This document shows positions 15,879-25,076 of a stretch of DNA of 35,313 bases, piece by piece. A program made the position numbers and the translations under genes. Below the pieces are notes generated by a model that was not told the origin of the DNA, ran no database searches, and saw only the letters and a program-made list of their open reading frames with translations. The stretch spans positions 1-35,313 of the forward strand of contig JAYVIL010000049.1 in NCBI GenBank assembly GCA_043770255.1, in the 5' to 3' direction. Position 1 is the stretch's first letter. Each line of letters begins with the position of its first letter. This stretch comes from Candidatus Kaiserbacteria bacterium (lineage in GTDB: Bacteria; Patescibacteriota; Minisyncoccia; Phycocordibacterales; UBA918).

Positions 15879-16652
15879 TCATTCAGCAGGGTTCATCGCT
15901 GGCTTTGGTTCTCTTGCTGCAAAGATGGCCATGAGACCATGCATCACCGTGTTGATTACAGGATAGGACATCAGTGCCAAGAAGGCGTAGAAATGTATGT
16001 CCCACGTTAGCGGCGCGGCAGACACAGGCCACACCATACCCTTACTACCATGTACCCAGGTGGGCACAAGAAGTAGCGCATAAGCCATAGCCCAGATCGC
16101 CCACGGCCGAGCGTCTTCTTTTTCTGGATGTGCCCAGGCTTGCCTGAGGATCGGCACGAAGTTCGGAAACGTCGTCAGGTTTGATGCAACCAGGAAGGCA
16201 ATGACCCACCACAGATGCACGTCCCCTTCAGTCGTCCCAAACAAAGTGAAGATCCATAGAGCGGAGTAACAAACGGTCAGTCCGATGTCAGTAGCAAATG
16301 CCTTGCCATCGGTTTCTTTCCAGTCGATCTTCCATTCCTGCGGCCACCATTTTTGAGTCGTACGGAAGTTTTGGCGCCAGATTCCTACTGCCACACCGAT
16401 GCCCCCAAGGGAGCATATAATGGGTAGAAGTAGAACGCTGAGCACGTTCATCCATGAAAAATCTGCAGTAGCGTCTTTGCACATGGAGTCGAGCTCCATG
16501 ATGGTTAACACTGCTGTGCCGTACGCAAACATGAACCAGGTTAGGGGCTCAGCCTCCTTGCCATCTTTCCGGATGACGAGGAGATAGTACGTTATGTATC
16601 CAGCTAGCTGAAACATTCCGGCTGCAAGACCAACGTATGTGGCATCGACCAT
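15879..16652 (-). CDS. Multi-TM protein with internal repeat (PQ-loop/SWEET-like), paralog 2
   Basis: Aligns with paralog 1 (TWFMFAYGTA, KWWP..W, SNL.TFP.F.PI, HPEKE, YP..N...H); own SD AGGAGG (16663-16658) and promoter TTTACT-17-CATAAT (16712-16684). Confidence 0.7.
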   Translation of the reverse strand: MVDATYVGLAAGMFQLAGYITYYLLVIRKDGKEAEPLTWFMFAYGTAVLTIMELDSMCKDATADFSWMNVLSVLLLPIICSLGGIGVAVGIWRQNFRTTQKWWPQEWKIDWKETDGKAFATDIGLTVCYSALWIFTLFGTTEGDVHLWWVIAFLVASNLTTFPNFVPILRQAWAHPEKEDARPWAIWAMAYALLLVPTWVHGSKGMVWPVSAAPLTWDIHFYAFLALMSYPVINTVMHGLMAIFAAREPKPAMNPAE

Positions 16653-16735
16653 GTCGACCTCCTAAAAAATAACTTCTGTTTAAATTATGTCACAATTAGT
16701 GTAAAAAGTAAAGTGATGGGTGTGGAATTTTTTGG

Positions 16736-17554
16736 TTAGAGATTGTTTGAGGCAATGAAAGCAGCTTTGTGTATTTCAGAATTGTAGTACTTTGTTGAAA
16801 GCCCCTTCGTTCTATTTTGCAAGCTCCGGGGTGAGATTTTTGTGATGTCTGTCACTTGACTTCCCCAGGCTATGGCCAGTGGTCCGCCGATGTACATTGG
16901 TACGTTGATTAGAAAAATTCCAGAATGGTTAAATAATTTTTTAAAAGACTTACGGGTGTTTTCTACAACTTTCGGCTGCATGTTGGGGACGCCAGTGATG
17001 CTCGTAAACAGTCCGTTTTTCGCCAGAGCTTGTACACAGTTGGTATAAAAACTTTGTGTAAATAGTGGATGCCCGGGACCGACTTCATCTCCACGGTCAG
17101 TGATAATGACATCAAATTTCTCGGTAGTGGTCTTCACAAATTCTGCAGCATCGGTCACAATCACGTTTAGACGAGGATCTACAAAGGCGTTTGAGATTAA
17201 ACTCTTAAGATGCTTTTTAGATAGCTCAATAACACGGGCATCAATTTCAACCAAGGTCACAGATTCTACATCATGCTTAAGTACTTCACGTACAATACCC
17301 CCGTCCCCTCCTCCGAGTACTAAAATATGTTTTGGCTTAGCATGAGATGATAGTGATATGTGCGCGAGCATCTCATGGTAAATGTGCTCATCTTTTGCAG
17401 TTAACTGAACAATGTCATCTAAAAAAAGTACCTTGCCGTGTAAAGGGGTATCGATAATTTCAATTTTTTGGAAGGCCGATTGTTCAGAGCAGATCACTTT
17501 TTTGACAGCAAATCGTTGCTCGTAGCCTGTATATAGTTGTTCAGCTTTCCACAT
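16736..17554 (-). CDS. speE: Polyamine aminopropyltransferase (spermidine synthase)
   Basis: S.FQKI, LDDIVQ...DE.IYHEML.H, LGGGDGG..REVLKH, VEID, DVIITD, YY....H.AAF. Confidence 0.92.
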   Translation of the reverse strand: MWKAEQLYTGYEQRFAVKKVICSEQSAFQKIEIIDTPLHGKVLFLDDIVQLTAKDEHIYHEMLAHISLSSHAKPKHILVLGGGDGGIVREVLKHDVESVTLVEIDARVIELSKKHLKSLISNAFVDPRLNVIVTDAAEFVKTTTEKFDVIITDRGDEVGPGHPLFTQSFYTNCVQALAKNGLFTSITGVPNMQPKVVENTRKSFKKLFNHSGIFLINVPMYIGGPLAIAWGSQVTDITKISPRSLQNRTKGLSTKYYNSEIHKAAFIASNNL

Positions 17555-17558
17555 AAAT

Positions 17559-18080
17559 TTATCGAGAAAACGTTAAACAACTTTTAGTACGCACAAAAAT
17601 ATTTTCCTCGGGGTATGAATGAATACTTTCGATTTCAATTTTTGAATCCGTAACTGTAAAACCAATAATTGTTACGGGTGCAGGACCTGATGATTCTCCT
17701 GCTGGGAAAGTATGTGTCAAGACATTGTCATGTTGACTTATTTTGACTTCGTCGGTCAAAATTGAGTGTTTGGCGTGCTCAAATGTGTATGACCATTTTG
17801 TGTCAACATAGGTAACTTTTTTTGGAAGAGTCGTTAGCTCGCCACTAACAATTGGTTTAGTTTCGAATTCACCACTAGTACAAGCGCATATTTCAGTTAC
17901 TTTTAAATCTGGAACTTGAACCGTCACGAAGTGACTTTCACTCAAAATCCCAAAAAACACCTCACCAAGCGGAGTCATAATTGTCTTTTGCGCAATCACT
18001 TCAAATTGTTCAATATTTGGCTCTCCAGCTATGACAAATAAATGTAGCTGATCTGAACTCTGTTCAGTATATGTAATCAT
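17559..18080 (-). CDS. DUF2617-like protein
   Basis: GIL..SH.V, TEICAC, FP.....P.T and H.YP.E...V.T.S pattern recalled for DUF2617; needs an HMM check. Ends 4 nt before speE. Confidence 0.6.
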   Translation of the reverse strand: MITYTEQSSDQLHLFVIAGEPNIEQFEVIAQKTIMTPLGEVFFGILSESHFVTVQVPDLKVTEICACTSGEFETKPIVSGELTTLPKKVTYVDTKWSYTFEHAKHSILTDEVKISQHDNVLTHTFPAGESSGPAPVTIIGFTVTDSKIEIESIHSYPEENIFVRTKSCLTFSR

Positions 18081-18089
18081 TATGCTATA

Positions 18090-18118
18090 ACTATAGCACG
18101 ATTAAGTAAAAATGTAAA
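18090..18118 (-). promoter_or_regulatory. Promoter for DUF2617-like/speE
   Basis: TTTACA (18118-18113), 17 bp ending TGn, TATAGT (18095-18090). Confidence 0.65.
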
Positions 18119-18256
18119 GGAAAATTGCTTGGTTGTGGGTAAGTACTAAAAAAATTTACAAATACTCTGCCTGTTATGGTTTAAATCTCAGTTTATTTTA
18201 CGAGGTGTTTTAACTCCCCTATCAATTATTTGCTCAACTCAATACGTACGATTTAT

Positions 18257-18742
18257 TTAGTTAAAATACAGAAAAACCATTGGTAACAATAGCCACCAGA
18301 AGAACCATTCTTTAGGGGCGAAAAGTGAGGCGATTGGGGTCCCGGGAGTAACAAATTCGGTGATGGGTAGAACATGGAAGCTGTATACCATAATGAGGAT
18401 TGTGCCACCAAGGGCTAACAGTAGTTTTTTTAAAAAACTTTCAAACTTCTTTTCCCGAAACGGGCTAGGCATCACCCGAGCAACAAGAATAGTTGCGACA
18501 GCAGTGAATATGCCAAAAATTACCATCTTCCCTATTGCCAATGTATGCGCGCTTCCTCCAGCTGGGAGGAACGTCTCGTAGTATGGAAATTCAAGCGAAA
18601 TAAGCAACGCAAAATACAACCCAAAAATAACATTAATAACCGCCTGCCTCCCCCGTGCCACCCCCCACCCCAAAAACACCCCAAACACCACAAAAAAGAA
18701 AACCAATTCCTGAAGTAGACTAAGTAAGTACGAAGTGTCCAT
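18257..18742 (-). CDS. Hypothetical membrane protein (4-5 TM, possibly CvpA-like)
   Basis: Hydrophobic segment pattern; -10 TATAAT shortly upstream; family uncertain. Confidence 0.7.
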   Translation of the reverse strand: MDTSYLLSLLQELVFFFVVFGVFLGWGVARGRQAVINVIFGLYFALLISLEFPYYETFLPAGGSAHTLAIGKMVIFGIFTAVATILVARVMPSPFREKKFESFLKKLLLALGGTILIMVYSFHVLPITEFVTPGTPIASLFAPKEWFFWWLLLPMVFLYFN

Positions 18743-18796
18743 GTCCTTCTAATTATAGACCTAAAACTTTTTTTGATGTAAACACATATGGGATAA

Positions 18797-19479
18797 AAAA
18801 TTAGGGGTCAGACCCCTAATTTTGATATAATTATGTAATGCCACGAATCACAGTACCTCTCGTTGAGGGTGAACGGTACCATGTCTACAATAGAGGGGCT
18901 GACAAAAGAGATATTTTCTTATCAAAAAAGGACTACCTTCGTTTTTACTTATCATTAGATTTATTTAACTCAATAGAGCCAGTTACAAATTTTGAATTTG
19001 CTAAGGTTCATAAGAAGAAAAACACAATTTCACCAAAATTAGTTAAAATAATTGCATATTGCTTACTCCCCAACCACTTCCACTTACTACTTGAGCAGGT
19101 TGCGCCTAATGGAATAAGTGATTTTCTAAAAAGGGTATCTGGCGGATATACTAGTTATTTTAATCTACAGCAGGAAAGATCAGGGGTATTATTGCAAGGC
19201 AGGTTTAAGAGGGTCTTGATTGATTCAGATGAACAGTTTAATTACTTATTGTCGTATGTAAATGAAAACCATATTGTACATGGTATTAACTTCGAAAGAG
19301 AAATATGTCATTCAAGTTCTCTGCACTACCAAGGCGTTTATAAAAGCAAACTTATAGAAACAAATATTCCGAACTATAACTTTAGTGAATCTATTGATTT
19401 AGCATTGAGTATTTATGAAAAACGAGCTAAACAAAAAATATCTGATTTGCTCGAAAATTAGGGGTCTGACCCCTAATTT
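18797..19479. mobile_element. Y1/HUH transposase bracketed by inverted perfect-arm palindromes (REP-like)
   Basis: AAAATTAGGGGTC-A-GACCCCTAATTTT (18797-18823) and AAATTAGGGGTC-T-GACCCCTAATTT (19455-19479). Confidence 0.8.
18838..19461 (+). CDS. IS200-like / REP-associated tyrosine transposase (Y1_Tnp)
   Basis: YHVYNRG..K..IF, AYCLLPNHFHLL (HUH), RSG.L.QGRFK, catalytic Tyr region SYVNEN; AT-rich; opposite strand to its neighbours. Confidence 0.9.
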   Translation: MPRITVPLVEGERYHVYNRGADKRDIFLSKKDYLRFYLSLDLFNSIEPVTNFEFAKVHKKKNTISPKLVKIIAYCLLPNHFHLLLEQVAPNGISDFLKRVSGGYTSYFNLQQERSGVLLQGRFKRVLIDSDEQFNYLLSYVNENHIVHGINFEREICHSSSLHYQGVYKSKLIETNIPNYNFSESIDLALSIYEKRAKQKISDLLEN

Positions 19480-19892
19480 ATGCGGTCTAGGGCGTGTTTG
19501 GTGGCGGATTGGAGGTGTTTGAAGCGGTCGCCCATTAACTTTACTCCGCCAAACCAACGGGTGACGACTACGATGCAGTTGGTTATGTCTTGGGTCTGCA
19601 TGATGCGGAGAATGACCTGGCCTGCGCCTACTTCGCCGTCGTCTGATTTTGTTTCATAGATGGCACCTTCGTGCGCGATGCGTGCAGCCCAGCTGTTATG
19701 ATCGGCTTTAGCGTAGCGTTTATTAGTCTTTAGCTGTTTGAGAAAGGATTTTATATCGTCACGACCGTGGACGAGGCCATAGCTTGCGCTGTATTTACTG
19801 CCACGATCTTCGATAATGTATTCAAATAACATGAAGGGTGCTGAGGGTTGTTTCGTGTTCCCGAAGTCAAAAGAGGTGGATTGTTTGGGCAT
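19473..19892 (-). CDS. YigZ/IMPACT family protein (UPF0029 domain only)
   Basis: DRGSKY, ADHNSWA, SDDGE.GAG, VVVTRWFGG.KL; start moved to ATG 19892 (TATACT 8 nt upstream). Confidence 0.88.
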   Translation of the reverse strand: MPKQSTSFDFGNTKQPSAPFMLFEYIIEDRGSKYSASYGLVHGRDDIKSFLKQLKTNKRYAKADHNSWAARIAHEGAIYETKSDDGEVGAGQVILRIMQTQDITNCIVVVTRWFGGVKLMGDRFKHLQSATKHALDRIN

Positions 19893-19906
19893 GATTCTAG
19901 AGTATA

Positions 19907-19936
19907 GCAAAAATGCGCCTGATGGCGCATTTTTGC
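19907..19936. terminator. Terminator after dnaJ
   Basis: Perfect 13-bp stem GCAAAAATGCGCC-tgat-GGCGCATTTTTGC. Confidence 0.8.
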
Positions 19937-19948
19937 ATTGTTATGACG

Positions 19949-19980
19949 TGGATTGCCGCGCTGTGGCTCGCAAAGACGGA
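19949..19980. repeat. Solo REP-like element of the GIY-YIG-flanking family
   Basis: TGGATTGCCGCG...CTCGCAAAGACGGA; compare TAGATTGCTTCG...CTCGCAATGACGGA at 5463-5491. Confidence 0.7.
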
Positions 19981-19999
19981 ACTTTTAAATAGTTTTTAT

Positions 20000-21055
20000 C
20001 TAGATACCTTCTGCTCTCAGTTCCTCGACTAGTCTTTTGGCTTTTTTGCTGAGGGACTTTGGATTATTGATTTCGATTTTTACCATGAAGTCACCACGGT
20101 GATTGCCATCTACGGGCACACCTTTGTTTTTGATACGGAGCATTTCGCCGTGAGTGATACCAGCCGGGATGTTGATTTCGATGTTGCCGTCGAGGGTAAC
20201 TATTTTGTACGTGGCACCAAGGAGAGCGTCAGTGAGTTTAATGGGTTGTTTAGTGTAGAGGGTTGAGCCATCGCGTTTGATGGTTTTGTGAGCTTCAACA
20301 CCCACCTTGATATAGAGGTCGCCTGCTTGGCCTCCTTGCATCGCTTCCCCGCGTCCGGTCATACGGATGACTTCTCCATTTTGAATACCGGCAGGGACTT
20401 TGATTTGAATTTCCTCTTGAGCACGGGCTACACCGGCTCCGGCACAGTTTGTACAACGTTCCTTCGGCACCTTCCCAGTACCGTTACAAGTTGTACATTC
20501 ACGCACGGTAGAGAAACTACCCATGAAGGTTTGTTTGGCTTCGTGGATTTTCCCAGCACCGTTACAGGTGGTGCAGTTAACTACGGCACTGCCCTTCTTG
20601 GCACCACTGCCTTCGCATACAGTACAGGTTGAATTTTTAGTGAGGAGAACTTTACGTGTGACACCAAATATTGATTCTTCAAAGTTCAGGTTGATATCAA
20701 TCGAAATGTCACGACCACGACTGCTTTTGCGGGCGCCTCCAAAACCAAAGTTTTCGAAAATATCGTTAATATCGAACTCGAATCCCTGGCCCCCACCCTG
20801 CTGAAAATCAGCCCAATTAAAACCACCACCCGGTTGACCTTGCCCGCCGGCAAAGGAATGACCATAGGTGTCGTATTCGGCTTTTTTCTTGTCGTCACTC
20901 AAAGTCGCGTAGGCTTCGGTGATCTCTTTATATTTGGCTTCATCGCCAGTTTTTTTGTCAGGATGGTATTGGGCAGCTAGTTTACGAAAGGCTTTCTTTA
21001 CTTCATCTTTCGCTGCACCTTTTTGTAGTCCGAGGATTTGGTAGAAGTCTTTCAT
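20000..21055 (-). CDS. dnaJ: Chaperone DnaJ
   Basis: J-domain HPD, G/F region, four CxxCxGxG repeats. Confidence 0.97.
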   Translation of the reverse strand: MKDFYQILGLQKGAAKDEVKKAFRKLAAQYHPDKKTGDEAKYKEITEAYATLSDDKKKAEYDTYGHSFAGGQGQPGGGFNWADFQQGGGQGFEFDINDIFENFGFGGARKSSRGRDISIDINLNFEESIFGVTRKVLLTKNSTCTVCEGSGAKKGSAVVNCTTCNGAGKIHEAKQTFMGSFSTVRECTTCNGTGKVPKERCTNCAGAGVARAQEEIQIKVPAGIQNGEVIRMTGRGEAMQGGQAGDLYIKVGVEAHKTIKRDGSTLYTKQPIKLTDALLGATYKIVTLDGNIEINIPAGITHGEMLRIKNKGVPVDGNHRGDFMVKIEINNPKSLSKKAKRLVEELRAEGI

Positions 21056-21143
21056 ATAATTATTTGCATTATGCCATAAGGAAGGTTGATACGCAAAGGC
21101 TATTTTTTAGCTTATCAATTAAGATTTAATGACATCGAAGTTC

Positions 21144-21175
21144 TGGATTGCTTCGGCTGCGACTTCGCAAAGACG
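21144..21175. repeat. Solo REP-like element of the GIY-YIG-flanking family
   Basis: TGGATTGCTTCG...TTCGCAAAGACG between dnaK and dnaJ. Confidence 0.7.
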
Positions 21176-21226
21176 TAAAGGGCACTTGTCTACTAAGCTT
21201 ACTAATTTTTGGGCTACTGCCTGTGC

Positions 21227-23128
21227 TTATTCAGTTGGTTTTTTATCTTCGTTTACCTCAGCATCACGTACAGTACCCTCTTCAGTTGAGGTTGCTTCTG
21301 TGGCTGCAGGCTTCGCTTCACCTTCTTGGTGTTTAGCCATTTCTTCACCAATCTTTTGCATTGAAGTACTGAGAGCTTCGCTAGCGGCAGCGATCGCGAC
21401 TGTATCATCTTTACCCTTAGCTTCGTTCACAGCTGCAATTTTAGCTGTCACATCGTCCTTGATTTCGCTCGGAACTTTGTCGCCATGTTCTTTGAGGGCT
21501 TTTTCCGCGGTGTAGACCATTTGTTCGGCCAGGTTGCGGGTGTCGATTAATTCCTTCTTCTTTGCGTCTTCACCGGCATGATCCTCAGCTTCTTTTTTCA
21601 TACGTTCGATGTCAGCATCAGTTAATCCTGATGAAGCTTCGATTTTAATTGATTGTTCTTTGCCCGTTGATTTATCTTTGGCGGTTACTTTAAGTACCCC
21701 GTTACTGTCGACATCAAAGATAACTTCGATTTGTGGGACGCCCCGAGGTGCTGGTGGAATGCCGTCGAGTACAAAGCGACCAAGTGATTTATTGTCCGTA
21801 GCCATTGGTCGTTCACCTTGGGTGATGTGAATTTCGGTTGAGGTCTGGTTGTCAGCGGCCGTTGAGAATACCTGTTCTTTCTTGGTCGGAATATGAGTAT
21901 TTTTTTCGATTAGTTTAGTGGCTACCCCGCCCATAGTTTCGATACCGAGTGAGAGTGGAATGACGTCAACCAGCGTAATATCCTTAACGTCACCTTGGAA
22001 AATCCCCGCTTGGATAGCGGCACCAAGCGCCACCACTTCATCTGGATTGATGGTTTTATTTGGTTCTTTACCAAACAGCTCTTTTACCGCAGTGATAATC
22101 GCTGGCATACGAGTTTGTCCACCAACGAGAATGACTTCATCAATTTCAGCGATTTTTAGACCTGAAGCCTCCATAGCACGTTTGGTAATCTCGATTGATT
22201 TGTCGATAAATTCATGCGCTAATTCCTCGAGCTTGGCCCGGGTAATTTTGATCGCTAGGTGCACAGGACCATCTGTGCCTTGGGAGATAAATGGAATGTT
22301 GATTTCTGTTTCAGTAGTTGTTGAAAGCTCCAATTTCGCCTTCTCAGCTGCTTCATCGAGTCGTTGTAGTGCAAGCTTGTCTTTGCCGAGATCAATCGCG
22401 TCAGAGGCCTTAAACGTCGCAATTAAGTGACGGATGATAGCTTGGTCAATGTCACGACCTCCCATGTGAGCGTCTCCGTCGCTTGATTGGACTTCAATCA
22501 CGTCATCTCCTACTTCAAGAACCGACACGTCAAAGGTTCCGCCACCAAAATCGTACACGACAATCTTTTCGTCTTTCTTTTTATTAAATCCGTACGCGAG
22601 GGCGGCTGCGGTTGGTTCGTTAATGATACGACGAACATTAAGCCCGGCAATTTTACCGGCGTCTTGGGTGGCTTTTCGTTGTGAGTCATTGAAATAGGCC
22701 GGTACCGTGATGACCGCTTCGGTAATTGTCTCACCAGTTTTCGCTTCCGCGTCAGCTTTTAGTTTAGACAGAATCATTGCTGATACTTCCTCAGGACGAT
22801 AGTCCTTACCGTCCATTGTGACGACTGCTCCACCGTCAGCGCCTTTCTTGATTTCGTAGGGCACGATGGCTTTGTCTTTTTGGACAACATCTTCGTCATA
22901 CTCATGTCCCATAAAACGTTTAATACCGTAGATGGTATTGGTGGGGTTCGTCACTGCCTGACGTTTGGCGATTTGTCCAACGAGACGTTCACCAGTTTTT
23001 GAAATAGCCACTACCGATGGTGTCGTGCGAGCGCCTTCGATATTTTCAATAATAATTGGTTCGCCGGCCTCGATAATAGCCATAGCAGAGTTAGTTGTTC
23101 CCAAGTCGATTCCTAAAATTTTTGCCAT
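21227..23128 (-). CDS. dnaK: Chaperone DnaK
   Basis: [32 protein letters not shown]. Confidence 0.98.
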   Translation of the reverse strand: MAKILGIDLGTTNSAMAIIEAGEPIIIENIEGARTTPSVVAISKTGERLVGQIAKRQAVTNPTNTIYGIKRFMGHEYDEDVVQKDKAIVPYEIKKGADGGAVVTMDGKDYRPEEVSAMILSKLKADAEAKTGETITEAVITVPAYFNDSQRKATQDAGKIAGLNVRRIINEPTAAALAYGFNKKKDEKIVVYDFGGGTFDVSVLEVGDDVIEVQSSDGDAHMGGRDIDQAIIRHLIATFKASDAIDLGKDKLALQRLDEAAEKAKLELSTTTETEINIPFISQGTDGPVHLAIKITRAKLEELAHEFIDKSIEITKRAMEASGLKIAEIDEVILVGGQTRMPAIITAVKELFGKEPNKTINPDEVVALGAAIQAGIFQGDVKDITLVDVIPLSLGIETMGGVATKLIEKNTHIPTKKEQVFSTAADNQTSTEIHITQGERPMATDNKSLGRFVLDGIPPAPRGVPQIEVIFDVDSNGVLKVTAKDKSTGKEQSIKIEASSGLTDADIERMKKEAEDHAGEDAKKKELIDTRNLAEQMVYTAEKALKEHGDKVPSEIKDDVTAKIAAVNEAKGKDDTVAIAAASEALSTSMQKIGEEMAKHQEGEAKPAATEATSTEEGTVRDAEVNEDKKPTE

Positions 23129-23144
23129 AATAGTATAATTTAAA

Positions 23145-23753
23145 TTAGTTTGTATATTCCCCCACTGTCACTCTAGCCGGACGTATCAGTTCTTTGTTAC
23201 CGTCAACTTCTATTTCATAACCCAGTTGAATAACAGAAATTACTCTGTTGTTGTGTGATGCGTCGGTTACTGGCACTTGAGCTAAAGCTTCATGACGGTT
23301 GTGATCAAATGATTCTCCAGTTGGATCAAAAGCAGTGACTTTATATGACTGCATAACGCTCGTTAGTTGTGATGCAATTCCCTCAACACCCTTGCGCCAT
23401 TTCTCGTCAGCTTTGGCCCACGTTTCTTTGTCTAACATCGCTAGGTAAAAACTGTCACATAACGGCAGTAACTTTTCAACGTGACTAATGGTGAGCCTCG
23501 TTTTGTCACGAGCGCGCTCGTCCTCCAACCGACGTTTACCGTTTAGGAAATCGGCTCTACTTCGCTGGAGTTCTTCGAGTAGGTCGCGGTTCTTTTCTTC
23601 ACTTTCTTTTAACTTCGTCTTTAAGGTTTTTAATTTGTTATCTTCAGCATCTTCAATGTCAGAAAGTTCAGGGTCGCTCGCTTCAGTCGTGTCAGTATCC
23701 TCGGTGAATTCAAGGTCGTCCTGAACTTCGTCTGTGTCTTTTTTATTCACCAT
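23145..23753 (-). CDS. grpE: Nucleotide exchange factor GrpE
   Basis: R..ADF.N..RR, FD...HEA, GY.......IRPA.V.V; upstream of dnaK. Confidence 0.95.
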   Translation of the reverse strand: MVNKKDTDEVQDDLEFTEDTDTTEASDPELSDIEDAEDNKLKTLKTKLKESEEKNRDLLEELQRSRADFLNGKRRLEDERARDKTRLTISHVEKLLPLCDSFYLAMLDKETWAKADEKWRKGVEGIASQLTSVMQSYKVTAFDPTGESFDHNRHEALAQVPVTDASHNNRVISVIQLGYEIEVDGNKELIRPARVTVGEYTN

Positions 23754-23759
23754 GTAAGC

Positions 23760-23788
23760 ATTATAACGCGGAAAAAGTGTCGTGTCAA
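23760..23788 (-). promoter_or_regulatory. Consensus sigma70 promoter giving a probably leaderless grpE-dnaK mRNA
   Basis: TTGACA (23788-23783), 17 bp, TATAAT (23765-23760), 6 nt, ATG. Confidence 0.85.
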
Positions 23789-23981
23789 AAAATGAGAAAA
23801 TGAGCGTAGCGACTATTACGAATTTTGTTCCCGATTTGCTCTTCCCAGAGCCAATCGCTGGAACGTGCGCTCAAAGACTCCTTACAAACTCTATTGGAGT
23901 TAAATTTTTATTCCCAATTTTCTTCTAACGTTTACAATCATTGAATAAAGTGTAAATATAGTTACAGAACGGAGGTGACTT

Positions 23982-24263
23982 ATGTATGGTGAAAAATGCC
24001 GGGAGTGCGGTTTGGTTGAGAGCGCACATGATGTAGCTCAAGCTATTACTGAAGAAATAGGTCGTGGTAATCCCGAGTTAATAGATGAACAAGTTGCAGA
24101 CCTTGCTTTCTATAAACTTCAGGAGCCAGCACTTCCTTGTGAATCATTTGAAAGTGAGGTTGATCATAAGCCTCGTTGTCCAGTCTTTATTGACTATAAC
24201 GGCCAAGAAATCTACTGCCAAGATCTACCAGGAGGGTGCGAGGAGTTGATGAGACATCCATGA
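23982..24263 (+). CDS. Hypothetical acidic Cys/His-rich protein (93 aa)
   Basis: SD GGAGGTGA before ATG; CxxCG....AH plus four more Cys; GGCGCAG/CTGCGTC-T5 terminator at 24286-24311. Confidence 0.7.
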   Translation: MYGEKCRECGLVESAHDVAQAITEEIGRGNPELIDEQVADLAFYKLQEPALPCESFESEVDHKPRCPVFIDYNGQEIYCQDLPGGCEELMRHP

Positions 24264-24326
24264 TGATCAATTTAGAAATGCAAACGGCGCAGTTTACACC
24301 TGCGTCTTTTTCGTTATGTAATTACC

Positions 24327-24375
24327 TGGATTGCCACGTCTGTCGTCGTCCCTCCTCCCTCCTCGCAAAGACGGA
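24327..24375. repeat. Solo REP-like element of the GIY-YIG-flanking family, longer spacer
   Basis: TGGATTGCCACG...CTCGCAAAGACGGA. Confidence 0.7.
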
Positions 24376-24384
24376 AGTTAGACA

Positions 24385-24414
24385 AACAAAAAACTCCCGA
24401 AGGAGTTTTTTGTT
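24385..24414 (-). terminator. Terminator downstream of the ribosomal protein operon
   Basis: AACAAAAAACTCC / GGAGTTTTTTGTT stem; the minus-strand loop is C(UUCG)G. Confidence 0.8.
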
Positions 24415-24454
24415 GCTTTGATTAGGAAACGATATATTTTGAGTGACTGGCTAG

Positions 24455-24676
24455 GAGCTTAGGAAAATTTGTTGTAAGGGGGACGAATAGCGAAGCGAAT
24501 AACAAATTTTTCGTAGCGACAACGCCAGGTGCCAAAATTTATCGTTTACTCTCAAAACAATAGAAATTGGATGCAGTGAGCGACGCGCAAGAAAAAAGAC
24601 TCGACCGGGACAATAGTCCAGGGAGAGTCTTTTTTCGTAGCGCAACAAAGCAATGCGCCGATTTCTATCGTTTTGA
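24455..24676. repeat. Two adjacent long hairpin elements at the rpsI 3' end
   Basis: GAAAATTTGTT...AACAAATTTTC; 19-bp IR 24552-24570/24658-24676 (17/19) enclosing the 12-bp stem 24591-24602/24625-24636. Confidence 0.6.
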
Positions 24677-25075
24677 CCAGGCCGGTCGTTTTCGAGCTTT
24701 AAGCAATCCAAACTTCTTTCGTTCAACCGATCTTGGATCTCGTTTCAGGAATCCAGCTTTTTTGAGTTCGGTTCGACGGTCGGCTTTTTCTTTTACGAGA
24801 GCGCGAGCAATTCCGAGACGGATAGCTTCGGCTTGTGATGATGTTCCACCACCTACTACCTTGGCAGTAATAGTGTAGTTCTCAATGCCGGCGTCTTTGA
24901 TATCTAAAACTGAGTGTACATCCTTGTGGAGTGATACATGTGGGAAGTAATCAGTGAGGTTTTTGTCGTTAACGACAATGGTAGTTTCCTTTGCGGGAGT
25001 AAGACGTACGCGAGCGGTAGAAGTCTTTCGACGTCCGATTGCTTCGATATATCGTGCGGTTGTAGTTGTAGCCAT
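24665..25075 (-). CDS. rpsI: 30S ribosomal protein S9
   Basis: GRRKTSTARV, GGG.SSQA.AIR, ERKKFG..KAR....SKR. Confidence 0.98.
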   Translation of the reverse strand: MATTTTARYIEAIGRRKTSTARVRLTPAKETTIVVNDKNLTDYFPHVSLHKDVHSVLDIKDAGIENYTITAKVVGGGTSSQAEAIRLGIARALVKEKADRRTELKKAGFLKRDPRSVERKKFGLLKARKRPAWSKR

Positions 25076-25076
25076 A

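Noticed and set aside
23754-23980. HrcA/CIRCE operator upstream of grpE-dnaK-dnaJ
   Set aside because: No TTAGCACTC-N9-GAGTGCTAA found; the hairpin near 23827-23866 is unrelated and lies upstream of the -35.
24451-24726. 91-aa ORF overlapping the rpsI end
   Set aside because: Out of frame with rpsI and runs through hairpin repeats; no protein-like features.
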